NCBI GenBank assembly: GCA_964252035.1
Contig: OZ176201.1
Strand: one strand, 5' to 3'
Length of the DNA stretch: 64,000 bases
Origin: Podarcis erhardii
Lineage: Eukaryota
Shown here: piece after piece, positions 24,601 to 38,602 of the stretch
How positions within the stretch are numbered: position 1 is the stretch's first letter
Layout: every line of letters starts with the position of its first letter
Translations under genes and position numbers: made by a program
Notes under the pieces: generated by a model
The model's input: the letters and a program-made list of their open reading frames with translations, nothing else
The model's database searches: none
Told to the model about the DNA's origin: nothing

Positions 24601-25753
24601 GGGCTGGAGTACAGGAGGGTTACAAGCAGAAGCATTTTCCACTAGTGCAGAGCTACTACTGGATAACTCCTTGATGTCTTCCAAGGATCAGTGACTAGTA
24701 TAGCAGCTGCATTTCTGAACTCTCTTGAACAGCAGCGCCATACAGCATGTACCAGGATGGCTATTACTAAGGCAAATGGGATAGAAACAGGACACAATGA
24801 TTCTGTGAAAGGGTGTAGGTGGCATAATAATCTTAGGGGGGCTGGGGGGCACATTCCTGGCCACTGCCACCACCCAGACATCCAGAAGCAGCGCTAGATA
24901 CAGGGGCACTGCAAGCAGACAATGTCTAGTCTCACAGGCAAGAGGCAAGAGATACATTCACAAAAACGATGCACTGGCAGTTTCTCACCTTGAAGGCATA
25001 GCTCAGTGCAACAGGTTATGAGCTTCCAGAATAGGCTGTGGGGTGGGGAGAGCTGTACATCTATTTATCTGAGACAGGGCAGTGAGATATTGAATCACAG
25101 TGATTGACACATAGACCAACAGCCTTATCCAGGTAATTGATGTCACACACCAAGATGCTGCTAATTCTCTCAGTATGATTCACCTCATCCAATCAGGCAT
25201 CTGTCAATGTTCTGGTGCAAATTTGGCATAAGGTTGCTAGGGACCATAAATGGAAATATCTCCCCCTACTTTGGGCAGCAATTGTCAGTGATATATTGCA
25301 GGGGGCAGGGGCAAGGCTGCAAGCGGCAGGAAAATTGCTTCCCTCACTACCTAGCCTTAAGCCCCACTATATGAAATCTAGTGTACCCAAAGTACTCATC
25401 CCCATACACACGCTAATAAACGTTATTGCAAAGAAGTTGTAAATTCCCTCTAAAATGCACCTTTAACATTTAAAAAATGTGCTTTGTCTGTTATTCCAAG
25501 GAAATGATTCCCACAGGCCTTATAAAATAATTCAGTAAGAATGTAACCAGTATGCATGAAGCACAGACTGAAATACAATCAGCACTAACCATGTGTCATT
25601 GTGCAATGCGTTCTGGACATGAGAAATACAAATACCAGCGTCTTTCATAATCTACATTTATTGATAATGCTTATTCACATTAGCCAGAAACCACAAAGTC
25701 TTTCATTTCAGGATGTTGGTTGTTGCTTTGCACTACTCTAGCATTTAGAAATA

Positions 25754-25971
25754 CAGTAGTACCTCAGGTTACATACGCTTCAGGTTACAGACTCCGCTAA
25801 CCCAGAAATAGTACCTCGGGTTAAGAACTTTGCTTCAGAATGAGAACAGAAATTGCGTGGCGGCAGCAGCAGGAGGCCCCATTAGCTAAAGTGGTGCTTC
25901 AGGTTAAGAACAGTTTCAGGTTAAGCACGGACCTCCGGAACGAATTAAGTACGTAACCAGAGGTACCACTG
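25754..25971. mobile_element. Tigger-like MITE, family 1
   Basis: TIRs, TA/CA flanks. Confidence 0.88.
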
Positions 25972-26117
25972 CACTATAAATATTTTCAACAGCAAACACG
26001 AAAAAGCCTCGTGGCACCTTAAAAGCTATGATATGTTAGATTCAGTGGACTTGCATTCTTTTGTGTAGGAAAAAAAAATACCGTTGGCCAACTGTGTGTG
26101 ACACATGGGGGGGGGGG

Positions 26118-26253
26118 NNNNNNNNNNNNNNNNNNNNNNNNNNNNNNNNNNNNNNNNNNNNNNNNNNNNNNNNNNNNNNNNNNNNNNNNNNNNNNNNNNN
26201 NNNNNNNNNNNNNNNNNNNNNNNNNNNNNNNNNNNNNNNNNNNNNNNNNNNNN
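26118..26253. other. Assembly gap (136 N)
   Basis: N run directly after a G homopolymer. Confidence 1.
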
Positions 26254-26442
26254 AAAAGAATGTGAGTTTCTTTTCCACTACAGGCATTACACAAGGCCAG
26301 CATAGCAAAATAGATAATTAGCAGTAACTGCTGCTGTGAATGGGCTCTTCTGTTCTTATCTTGGATACATTTCAGCTCAGATTAGTAATACTACAGACCT
26401 ACTACTATCTCTTGCATTTTATGGCCTTTTGGGTCCTTTGTT

Positions 26443-26447
<5 letters not shown>

Positions 26448-26476
<29 letters not shown>
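26448..26476. repeat. (CT)n microsatellite
   Basis: Directly visible. Confidence 0.95.
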
Positions 26477-26480
<4 letters not shown>

Positions 26481-26649
26481 CCACTATGTAACTGCCATCT
26501 GAACATTACACATTATCAGATACATAAAGTGGCGCCTAGTTCAGAAGAAAATTACGTCACAAGTCTTTGAGGTTCCAGAAAACTCTTCAGCCGCCCCTCT
26601 CGCCACTGTAACAAAGGAATTGTTATGGGAATTCTAGGACACATACAGA

Positions 26650-27284
26650 CATCAATTTCCAGATATATATTTAATACAACACTGTCCCCTACAGGCAACT
26701 GGAAAAAACTGCAATTGCTTCCTTGGTTTTTGAGAACTAGTCTTTGTCCAGGAGCACTCTGTTAGATGTGTGGGTTTTGTGGGGAATGTGTGGAACAGGA
26801 TTAAGTCATGGCTTTTCCCTCTGTGGAGGGAATGCACAACCCCACAACATCTGTGAGGATCCATGGAAACAGGCTTCAGTAGCATCAAGCCTCTGACAAG
26901 TCCCAGCTGCAGTCAGCCTCCGACAGGCGATTTTCCATGGGGCAGGAAACAGGCTTCAGTAGCATTAAGCCTCTGACAAGTCCCAGCTGCAGTCAGCCTC
27001 CAACAGGCGATTTTCCATGGGGAAAGTTGTGATACAGTATTGGGTAGGACATCCACATGTTGCCATGCCCACATGTACTGCAGTGGAAGCATTCAAACTG
27101 GCCACCACGCTGTCCAGAAAACTGGCATCCAATAGTGCTGCACCCAATCTAAGCTGGGAAGGCAACAAGAGAGATTCCCTTGACAAGCAAAACCAGTAAT
27201 ATCACAACCTATGAAGACATGAAAGCCAGGTAGTATGTCTATCCTGCCTGATCCAAAAGCAGGGGTCACAAACCCAACACCCAC
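26650..27284 (-). mobile_element. Ancient L2 reverse-transcriptase relic
   Basis: Translations LDSVVASL, DLSEA and ILFHTFPTKP resemble L2 RT motifs LERVVA, LDLSAAFD and MLFNIYMKP in the correct order. Confidence 0.55.
26865..27022. repeat. 80-bp tandem duplication
   Basis: Units start at 26865 and 26945; 2 mismatches over 78 aligned bases. Confidence 0.95.
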
Positions 27285-28656
27285 TAGTCCTGGGCAAGAT
27301 ATTGATACATCACCCAGGACCAGTTTGAGGACCAGAGTGTGATGGCGCCTTCACCCAGCAGTATATCGCAGGGGGCATTTACCTGTGTGTTATCTTCTCC
27401 GGCTTCCTCCCTCTCTGCACTGGGTGGTGGCGGTGGTGGAAGCGGCAGTGGTTTCAGTGCGAGATTGGCTCCATTATTATCAAATACTGGAGGTTTATAA
27501 GATGGATAAGAAAATTGGCTTCCAGGTGGAGAAATCCAAATTGGAAACAGAACTGTTAGAATCCAATACTAAGAATTTGTCAAAAATGTATAACTTGCTG
27601 CTGAAATGGAACACGCAGGATGAAACAGTTAAATCAGCTATGATTAAGTGGGCGCAAGATATTGGTCATAACATTATGTTTGCTGACTGGGAAAGGTTGT
27701 GGACCACCAGTATGAAATTTACGGCGTGTAACGCCTTGAGAGAAAATATTATGAAAATGATTTATAGGTGGTACATGACCCCAGTCAAGCTTGCAAAAAT
27801 TTACCACTTATCAGACAATAAATGTTGGAAGTGTAAAGAAAATGAAGGCTCATTTTTTCACCTCTGGTGGACGTGCCCAAGGATTAAGGCATTCTGGGAA
27901 ATGATATATAATGAAATGAAAAAAGTACACCTTCTTGAAGAAACCAGAGGCCTTTCTCCTGGGTATGGTCAGCCATGTGGTGTTAAAGAAGGATAGAACT
28001 TTGTTTTTGTATGCCACAACAGCAGCAAGGATCCTTATTGCAAAGTATTGGAAGATGCCAGATCTACCCACCTTGGAAGAATGGCAGATGAAAATGATAG
28101 ACTACATGGGACTCGCAGAGATGACGGGCAGAATCCGAGACCAGGAGAAAGAGACAGTGGAAGAAGATTGGAAGAAATTCAAGGACTATCTTAACAAATA
28201 CTACAAGATTAATGAATGTTAGATTGACATGGGTTTAAAAATAATGTGGCTTTCAGAGATGCTGAGTAAGAAAAGGAATGGAATTAATAAAAAACTTTTG
28301 GGAAATAAGGAAATGGATTTGCTGATGGAATAACGAAATTAGAATACAAAACGGGGAGGTATGAGGAAGTTGGGGAAATTAGGTTGAGGAAATAAGGTTC
28401 GAAATTATACTTGTTTTTTGTTTATGTTTGTTTTTATTATTGTTGTTTGTATTTGTAAGTTCTTATTGGAAATTTTAATAAATATCATTTTTTTAAAAAA
28501 AGGAAGCGGCAGTGGTTTTAGCCTGCCACCTCACAGGGCCGGGGCAGATGCTGCTTGTTCCTCCCTCCGCTTTTTAACATCATGATGTATCACTATATTG
28601 AGATGTTTGGCTGGAGATATATCACCATGCTGAGAAGCTGATATCGCCCAGCCCTA
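27285..28656. mobile_element. hAT-type non-autonomous element split by an L1 insertion
   Basis: Termini TAGTCCTGGGCAAGATAT...ATATCGCCCAGCCCTA; 8-bp near-TSD ACACCCAC/GCACCCAC. Confidence 0.7.
27455..28501 (+). mobile_element. 5'-truncated L1 LINE (ORF2 C-terminus with Cys/His knuckle, 3' UTR, A-tail)
   Basis: CWKCKENEGSFFHLWWTC motif; ORF continues after one frameshift near 27930 to a stop at 28222; AATAAA at 28477; 17-bp TSD GGAAGCGGCAGTGGTTT (27438-27454, 28502-28518). Confidence 0.92.
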
Positions 28657-29719
28657 GCACCCACAGGTATCATGACACCTGCAAAAGCTTCACTGGCACC
28701 TTCAGGCACAGGCCTCAGACTCTGTACCTTCCTATTTTTATTTAAAAAGTTCATCTAGATGAGTCTTCTCTGTGTCCTAAATATATTTGAATATTCAGAT
28801 TTGTATTGTTCTCTTTTTAAAATAGAAAAACTATCTTGTTTTTAAACACACACATACAAAAGCTCACTGAGATTAAAAAAGAAAACTAGAGTCACATTTT
28901 GGGAACTTAAGCATGCTGACTAAGAGTCAGGAATCCTTGATATGTGTGTCCACATGCAAATACGTATTTTGTTATACAGATACAGAGAAAAACACACTGA
29001 TAAGGTCTTGGCTGTTAACAGATTTATGGCTAAGGTGACATCTGAAACAGGGACATCCTGACTCTTAGCCAAAGCACTTCATGTCAACAGAACATGTAAC
29101 TGAACTATTACCTATAAAAGTGTATATTTAAGAAATTGTAGTTATCTGAAGCAGAAAGGCAATGCCTATTACAGTAATTAGGTGTATTTTCATTAACTTT
29201 TTCCCTACTCTTATTAAGAAGTTTTGTTAAACACATTATGGGAGCAAGGAATTAGATCTTGCTCACAAACATTTAGATTAAGAAGATTAAGATAATACTT
29301 TTAAAAATAAGCTAACCCTCACAGAAGAGTAATTCTGCCTGCAGTGGCAAGTGCAAGCAAAACTAAAAACCCTTTATCCTATAATATTCAAAAATTCAGC
29401 ATAATAAGAGTGATGCTGACATCTACTAAATATAGCAAGCTTTGTTACATGCCTCTTAGTTGTTGTTTTTTGCAAGTACACTTTTCCCAAACCCAGTGGT
29501 ATATTTCAAGATTGCCTCCTCTAGCCATGTATTTTTCTCCATTCAACTTCATTAGGAGACACTGCTTTTGCAAAATGAAGCCAGGGGATTGGTGCTGGTC
29601 CAAGGCATTTTGATGCCTGAAGCAGAGCCCAAACCTTTCCCCATGCTAGGGTCAGCAATTCAAAACAAAATATTGCAGCATTGCTTGGACACTGATTTCT
29701 ATCTTCACCTGTAATAGCA

Positions 29720-29875
29720 CCCCCCCACACACACACATATATTTTAAAACGGCATAGCATGTCAATCAAATTAACCAAAGGCCTGGTTAAAAAGGAATGT
29801 TTTTGCCTAAAGGTGTCTAATGAAGGCGTCAGGCAAACTTCCCTGAGGAGAGCATTCCACAAGTTATATCCAATG
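29720..29875 (-). mobile_element. L2 ORF2 C-terminal/3' fragment
   Basis: LWNALLREVCLTPSLDTFRQKHSFLTRPL resembles the L2 LWNALP...SL..FR...K..LF end. Confidence 0.7.
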
Positions 29876-31494
29876 TGAGCCCTACTCACACTAGACCAAA
29901 TGAAATTAATGGGCCCAAGTTATTCCTGTCCATTAATTTCAATTGCTCTGTTCTGAGCAGGACTTGTATTACATACAACTCAAACACTCTGGCTAATGCT
30001 TCTACTCAGTTTGCCAGGATCAGCTTAGGCCAGGAAGGGGAGTTCCTAGCCAAGTGGCAACCAAAAGCATTAGAAAGGAGCACTGTGTGTTGGATTTACA
30101 GTCCATGCACTAGAAAGGAATTCAGGAATACCATGGATTCTTACCCCTCAGGAGTCTCACCAAAGAAAACCTGTATATAGAAGACTTATCTTGTACAGTA
30201 GTGATAGATTACTCCTCTCAAGGAACCAACATTGTTGTGCAAGAATAGAATCCTACTTAGAAAATGGGTTAAAATTCATCCAGCATACCAGTATCACCTG
30301 CAACACCACCTATTTTGCAAAGGGCAAAGTAAGGAAATATAATTAATGAAATACATAAATGATGAGAATTGCCTGAGGAATCAATTTCCTGGCTCACTAC
30401 TATCTTTTGCTCAATACCACACCCTCTCCATTTAAAACAGTTTAGTAATTCATGAGTCTTTTCATGCAGAACTTGTCTGACCTGCTGGAACTACAGTGCA
30501 CTGGAAAGCCAAGAGACACTGAACAGTGTACCTCCTCTTTACAGTGATGTTCGTACATGCCTGTCTGTGCAGTCATAGGGAAAGCTATAGGGGTGAGCAG
30601 TCCCTCTCCTTTCCCTAGTATCATACAGATTCTATTTCACGAAATGAAAGACAGCTCGCACCTTTTCAAAACCTACATTGCCCTTCTTTGTTCTTCTCGT
30701 TCCAATGTTGTTGCACAGTGCCTCCACTATCTCCAGCTTTTGGTGCCACCCCTATCTAAAGCGTCCACCTGGAAAGCAAAGCAAAGCTGGACTAACTCCA
30801 TAAACTTTCAGAGAAAGTGTAGCATCTGAAATATGTCAGAATTTGAAAACAGGAAGCATGGGGTAGATTTCAGGTAACAAACACGACTTTCCTGCTCCTC
30901 CCTATGCCCCCTGAAATATTTGGGGTATCAAGAGTACTCCCAGAACAGGGGTGGGGGGGATTATATCATCTGGCAAGCTGATATGCTTGCGCAGATGGAA
31001 CGCTGGTAATAACAGCACACCTTTTAATTCCACCCATGGCTTTTAAAAATGCAGCTTGCCAAAGTCAAGGGGGGGGGGCGGGCAAATACAAAGAAAAGCA
31101 GTAATGAAAGATTGGAGGTGAATTACTGATTTTGCGGCCTAAGGCACTTTGGCGGATATAGGTAGAGGCTGTACTGCAGCAACAGCACCCATAAGGAAGC
31201 TGAGTCAGAATTCCTCCTGGGGCTAACTAGAAGACAGAGACAGAAAGAAAACTGCTCTGACAAGTTTGTAGCAAATGTTAAACGAATGCACTGTCTTCAC
31301 AAGTCAGCAGAGCAGAGACATTCTTGACTTCAATCTATGACCAGTCTATGTACTGTATTCTCTAACAAGGAGCTCAGAACACAATGGTTCCCCAATACCA
31401 CACACCCTACTCAGTGTCGCGTAAGGAACTACAACTCTCTCCTTTAGAAGACTTTATGGGGATTGATTCTGTTGAAATCATGTTTTTGTAACTA

Positions 31495-31731
31495 CAGTGG
31501 TACCTCGGGTTAAGAACTTAATTCGTTCTGAAGGTCCGTTCTTCACCTGAAACTGTTCTTAACCTGAAGCACCACTTTAGCTAATGGGGCCTCCCGCTGC
31601 TGCCGTGCAGCTGCTGTGCGATTTCTGCTCTCATCCTGAAGCAAAGTTCTTAACCCAAGGTTTCTGGGTTAGCGGAGTCTGTAACCTGAAGCGTATGTAA
31701 CCTGAAGCGTATTTAACCCAAGGTACCACTG
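31495..31731. mobile_element. Tigger-like MITE, family 1
   Basis: TIRs and TA/TA flanks. Confidence 0.9.
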
Positions 31732-31759
31732 TAAATCAGAGCACAAATGAAAGTCCTAC

Positions 31760-31925
31760 TTAACTGAAGAGTCCTGCTGGATCAGATCAAAGGCTCATCT
31801 GGTCCAGCATCCTTTTCTCACAATGGCCAACCAGGTGCCCATGGGAAGCCCACAAGCAGGGCATGAGCACAACAGTACTCTTCCCATGTGTGATTCCCAG
31901 GAGCTGGTGTTTAGAGGCATATCAG
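31760..31925 (-). mobile_element. CR1 LINE 3' UTR fragment
   Basis: GCTGGATCAGA..AAAGG..CATCT.GTCCAGCATCC squamate CR1 3' pattern; related copy at 45017-45155. Confidence 0.65.
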
Positions 31926-34900
31926 GAGAGATTTAGGCAGCCATCAAATACGAATAAACCCATTGGGATTTATTCCTGAGCAGACATGTAGAGGATTAAA
32001 CTATTAAGCCTCAACTGAAGCATCTATTTTGTATGTTGTATTTATCTGCATCATATAAAACCAGGCCCAGACTTCTGGAGGCCCTTGGTATGGTGCTGCC
32101 AACCCCCCTCCCCCCTCCCAAAATACACTCTCTCCCCCCTCCCCCGCAATGTAGTTGTGGAGTATTTTGTCCTCTCTTCTGCCACAGCAGCAGCACTGAC
32201 CATCTTCCCTTCCCCATAGGTGGACAGTTGTGCCAGTTTTGAATGGAGCCAAGCTTGGTTCATGTCCATGGTTGTCACCTGCCGCCTTAACTCATCCAAA
32301 ATGCAATGCCCCAAGCCTACAGATCTATGGCCCTGCTAGTTCTTTCCCTAGGAACAGAGCCAAAGTCTCAACTGGTCACCCAGGGCAGATTTCTGGGTCA
32401 TGCGTTATGCTAGGCAACACAGTCAGATCAGAATGGTGGAAGGCCCTACTGAGCCCCTCTGCCTCTGCTAGCATTAGGACTGTATAAAACTATGAACAGC
32501 AAGGCATTGACACTACTTTGGTTACAGTCCTTCTCCTGATGTAGCAAAAGGACTATGATGCCTTTACACAAGTTGTAAATGTGGCTATCTTCCATGCTGA
32601 TCGTTACCATAAGGCAAGAACACTCGGCTGATAAAGGCCAGCCCCTTAACCTTTGCTTCATAATTGCCTCTCTGTTGTCCATATGTCAACTGAAGTAATT
32701 CAAAAAGGGAAGAGTAATTGCTACACAAATCTTTGTAAGCCTCTGTACTTTTGTCATGTTCATATGTGTGTTCATGAGTAGTAGTAGCAGCTCCTACTGC
32801 TCACTTTTTGCATAGTTTCCTCATGAGTAATCAAGGTGACTTCAGCATGAATTACACTTCATATTACAGGGGTAATTGTTAGAAAAGCCATCTGCGGCAC
32901 ACATGACTCCCACCATTAAAAGTTCAGAGTAGAAACTTTTGAGTCATGGAGAACAGAACAGAACAGAATCTCTGTCTTTCAGCAAAGAGACCTTCGACAA
33001 CAGACTATGTTTTTATATTTTACTTCTCACCCTATTATTAAAATTCAAGTATGCTTTGAAAAAGAAAGCATTCAGACATCTCCCACATTTTAAGTTATCA
33101 TATTATGTTTTTTTTACTATTTCAAAACAAATGAGCCCAAACGTGTGTGCACCTGCGGTGTTCAAGGGCAATTCTCCTGTCTTGCTTATTGATCTCAGTT
33201 CTCAACAAGTGTGGCCCTCTTGGATGGATGGAATTAGACTTTTGTGTTGAACTAAAAATGGTAGTTTACAAAGCTACATGTATTTATTGATAAGAATGTC
33301 ACTTACAAACTGCAACATGAACAGTGAAACAGCAAGAAAAGTCACCTAGCTATTTGTTCAAACCCCACAGTTATGCAATACTTTAATTAGGATGTACCAA
33401 AATGTCGAACTAGAGGCAAACTTTTGAATACCTATTTGTTGCTTATTGCCATACCACTTTCACTAGTGATGTGTATGAACAGGAAGCATAGATGGTGTTT
33501 CAAGCAGAGGTGCCTAAACATGGTCACAATGCCTCTCCTTGGTGGAAGGGTCACAGTGTTGCATGTGAACATGGCCACTAAGTCAAACTATGACTTACCA
33601 TGAACAAGTATGCATGACGGCACCCAGGAAGAAAACCACAGCTGCTTGAGACAAATCATGATTCTGCGATTGGACATCATGCTGAGTCAAGCTAAGGCTT
33701 ATCTCTAGGTAGTGTAGCAGGAGAAGAGTGAAGTGGCAACAGTTTTCATCCTGGACAACAGTATGCTTGCATGTTGTCAGCGAGCTATAATATAGCTTAG
33801 TATTACATGTGAATCAGACCAATGCTTTATGCAGCCCAACAGTGTAAACAATAGGTTATGTGCCTGCCCATTAGGACATATCATTGTACATTTTTCACTG
33901 TGAAAACTAACTTTAGGAGACTGCAATTTTGAGCACAAAGTGGCAGGGGAGGGGGATCCAAACCCTCTCACTGCCCTCGGTTTCTCCATTTCAAATACCT
34001 CCTTCCAAATCCCATATCTCTATACCCAAAAACTTACTCAGACATCCATCTAATTAGCAGGCCATACCCTAAAAGAATCCAGTTCCTTATCTATGTTCTA
34101 TGCCTTCTGTTGGATAGTGCATGTTCAAAAACAAAAATATATGCCGCTGTAGCATACAGGGCTTATAGGGCATATGGAACCTTAAAAGGCATTGGTGATA
34201 TGTATCATTAAGAATAGCCCAGAACATATTTGAGGGTGCAGAGATATTCAAATCTCAGTTCCTTATTTAAACTATATCTGTACCTTCAGATCAAAGAAGG
34301 AACTACAATCTTAAAATAAAGAACTGGGATGCAACTTCAGCTTAATGCTCTAGCACGGGCAGAGTGGCACGGGTGAGTGCCAAAGATTGCATCATTTTGT
34401 GAAGAATTTTTAAAGCATTTTGTAGAAATAACAGGCAGTTATAACACACAGTTAATAATAGGCATTATGTGGAAATAATAAGCAGTTAACAGATACACGT
34501 CTTCCGGGTGGCTTGAATTGCACCGATGCATCTTAAAAACCAGTTGGGTTGAAAATTAGTATTCCTCTTTTTACCCTAGAGTCACAGTGATGGGTTAAAG
34601 TCCACCCCTCAGTACCAAATTCTGACATGACATCACAATGCAAAGCAGAAGGCACAGCTACTTTAACATTAAAATGAAAATATATACTATCTTCTTTTAG
34701 TCAGCGGTTCTTGGCACTTGTCTTCTTTCATTGCTCTAATACCCAGAAGTGAGCAGGAAAGTGCCTGAACCAAATGAATGAGGATAGGTAAGGCTGCAGG
34801 AGGAAGATAGGGAAGATTCAGCACTCATCACTTCCCATACTCCATTTGATGATAACGAGAATGGGTCAAGACACGCATGAGGGGGAAATATGTTGCTATC

Positions 34901-37900
34901 ATCAACGCATCTATTTGCTATCTATTTGGCCTCAAGTTATGGGAGGTTCAAAACCAGTATGTTGCAATAGGAAGGGAACTGCAGAGGAACCACCAAAAAA
35001 GAGACTGATGCAGATTCATTTTGAGGTCACGGATTGAGGTGCATTCTGTGCACTTTTGGCTGGACAAGAGGGAGATGGAGAGGTCTGCATTAAGAAATCA
35101 TAACTGCAACTCATGAATATAGTTTTTTTTTAAAAAAAAGACTTTTCACTTCTGCACAAGGGAAGAAAATCACCACCTCTCTTCCATTTGAAGATGGGCA
35201 GAGAAAGGTATTGAAGTGTGAATATATTTGTGAACATTTGCTCGAATGTTATGCAAACATTAATGGTCTTGGTTGCTATTAGGTTCCTGGATAACAAATC
35301 CCCATTTGCTATATTGGCATTTATTCTTAAATAAACATAGGTGTGTGTGACTATTTTCACTTATACTTGTTGATTTTTAAACAGTGATTCATGATGGAAA
35401 GGAACAAAGCAAAGGGACTAATATGAGAGCATCATATTTATATAAAATGAAAGGTGGTTTCAGACTTACTGGTTAAAGCTTATTTAAAATGACAAAAAAC
35501 ACACTACTTACTCCAAAGGAGTGGGGATCTGGATCAGGCTGATGAGGTAGATCCAGATCTGGGCCTATCCTCTGCTGTGCAGCCACAGCTCAAATTTAAA
35601 TGCAGTGCTGACTACAACCCCCACTTTAAGCTGCAGCTGGCTCCACTCTAGAGCTCTCAGGTAAGGCTGCTCCCAGTAGGGCTCCCAAATGCAAGTGTTT
35701 CCCCCTGTATTCCTTTGGTGTTTGCTGCCCTGGGCTCCTTTGGGAGGAAGGGTAGGATAGAAATATAGTGTGCTATATTCCACTAGTGGAAGCCAGCACA
35801 ATGATTCCCAGTAGGTCAGTGGGACGTCCCCATCATTTGCTCCCCAAATCTGCAGGAGGGTCGGGAGAATTCCCCAGAACAATACACAAGGGAAGGAGAG
35901 GTAAGACTGTTCTACTGGGCAAGCAGAAAAAGACAGAACAATCTCCTTAGCAAGATTGCTTATAAGCACAGAGCTGAAAAAGACTATCACATAATGAGAC
36001 AGAATGTATGGCTAATTTCCCTAACCGAAAAACTAACAAAAAGGGTACATGCCTTAAACAACACATCTGATTTTTTTTTTAAAAAAAAAAAGTTTGGTAC
36101 CCCATCACAAAATGCTGAAACAAACATCCTGATGAGTAGAACCACCAAACATGCCTATGGAATTATGACAAAATCTTATACATTATTCTTTGTTTCCTGA
36201 GGGAAGAGGATGGGAATGGGGAAAACTTCTTGTTTTGTTTATACACTGTTGAAAGCTAATAAAAATTGTTGTTGTTATTAAAAATAATCTCCTTAGCATT
36301 TTGCTGAATACAATTCTTTAAGAAACAAACAAATAACTTTTGTCCATTTATTTCAGTGAATCTACTGAAAGTAAAACTTAGTAGGTTTTAACCAAAGGAA
36401 AATAAAGCCAGTACTTTTTGCAATCATTTCCACTATGATGTACATGAAGTGCATCAAACATTCAGAAGCTGTATATAACTTTTCTATCTTTATTGCTCCT
36501 GAAATTCTCACCAAAAACTTGCATTGAATCTAAAATAACTAAGGAATCAAAGCAGAATGGATGTGAATTTTTAGCGGTGCAAACAGGCATATGTACACAT
36601 TTAGAAGCTAGGAAAGGCTTCTTTAGGATGCCGAGATGCCTTTTTGTTTGGAGTAGTGCAAGCAACTATGCAATTTAATAAATAACATCAATTTCTGATC
36701 CAAACATCTTTTAATTGTAGTACATGACAAGAGGCAAGCAGGTCACTACAAATAAGCAACTGAGAAGAGATAGTGCTTAGTCTCAGTTCTCTGTTGCAAC
36801 AACCCATTAAAATCTAAATAGAGATCTGTAGGATGCACACTTATGGCATTCATTCTTGTTCAGGCCTACAGAAATGGCTGGTTTAAAGACTGATTCTTCT
36901 GAAGCTGTTTACTGATTTAATTATTTTAATGTCACCTGTTGTATACTACATTTTAATGCTTTGCATTACATTTGATGAAATGTTACATATTACCCTGGGA
37001 ACCTTCAGGTTCAGAGGTGGATTATACATATAGTTACTATTATTAAAATAATGATACTGGTATTCATTTCTATTACCTAGTTTATTATTTAGAAAGTTTA
37101 TATGCTTGTAATTTAGAAACAAATTCACTTAAGTGTTACACAAACCCATTAAAAAAATTATCATCTGCATTTGATTTGCATCTTGAAGCAACATGCTGGC
37201 CATGCTTGGACCATCATATCTCAGTTTAATAAGCAGAGAAATAAACAACCCCCCCTGCACACAGCTGCTTTTGCTCCCGCATTTGTACACACAGGGAAGG
37301 AAGCCACATTTTCCACAGCTCCCCATTTTATCCGCACTAGGAAATTATGGTTAATAGCTTTCAATCAAACCGGGATATCAAGCTATGGTTTAAAGTTGGC
37401 TGCCTGTCAGATCCTGGCTTGCTTGGAAGCCATTAACCATAGGTTCCTTCTACATCCACACTGTGAATTAAGGTCAGCTCCAGGTTTCTGGGTCATTTCC
37501 CCACCTACATGAAAGAAGGAGCAAAGTTGCCTCTTCTGAGTGCAGAGGGTTCATTTTCAGTTCAGGTCATGAAGCTGAAATATGATCAATCTGAATGCCG
37601 TCATTACGTCAGACTGAATCAACCAATAGGTTTATAGTGAAACAAGCCTAGGTCCATTTAAACATGACAAACCCAAGGTCAGAGGGCAAGTTTCCATGGA
37701 GAACACTTTCCTTAAAAATAATTTAACAATGGGAATTGTAGTCTGTAAAACAATGAACACACACTCTTCTCATTTAAAACCCCAACAGATGCTACCCAAA
37801 AGTATCTAGAAGCTTAACATTACACCACTTTGCCTGAACCATTTATACACTATACTTGTATAATATCCTTTTAATTACTTGGCCAGGATCCAAAGGATTT

Positions 37901-38602
37901 TGTTAGACATGGCCAAGGAGTTAGGCTTCCCCAAGGGCATCTTGATTTCCTTTGAACGTGCCATTACAAAGTGTGTTTGAACTCCCCTTGTTTTCAAAAA
38001 GGCAATATGCCATGTAGCATGAGGGGAGGGGGAATGTTTGACGAACACAAACCCAAGTATCTTTTGGGCAGATGAAAATAGTACAGTTCATTGGAACCTT
38101 CTCTTTCACTCTGTAAGGTAAACAGAAAGCACCTTTCAGTTTGGATAGTTCAACATATCTGGATAAAACTTGCCCCCACCAAAAAAAATATCTACATGGC
38201 CACCCTCATTTTTTGAAGTTCCAAGTAAACACAGGAGTTTTAACAGCTCTTGATGGGTCGTTTGGACTACACTTGGTGAGTAACAAATTGCAAGGAATAG
38301 TCAGGCTCTTCCCATAAGTTAACAGCAATAAGTAGTACGCAATACCTTGAAGTCCTTTCCCCTTACTGGGATGTGAAGAGCTGCCACATTTACAGACACA
38401 CTGATCCAAGCAAGATCATTGGATTTAAATTTTCTTTAAAATGCTTGGGATGACCTAATGTTGAAAATTATATCAATTCAAACAGTACCTAGATACGACA
38501 CAGCTTTCCCTGAAATGGGGCCAAAATGTTTTGAAATACATTTTGAAATACACACATCGGGTTTGAATGCATTTTATGTTGTTCTATAAGGGGACTGATA
38601 TA

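Noticed and set aside
25990-26052. Penelope-like terminal fragment (GTGGCACCTTAAA) as another ribozyme
   Set aside because: Too degenerate; no CUGANGA/GAAA core
26019-26321. ORFs spanning the N gap
   Set aside because: Artefacts of translating Ns
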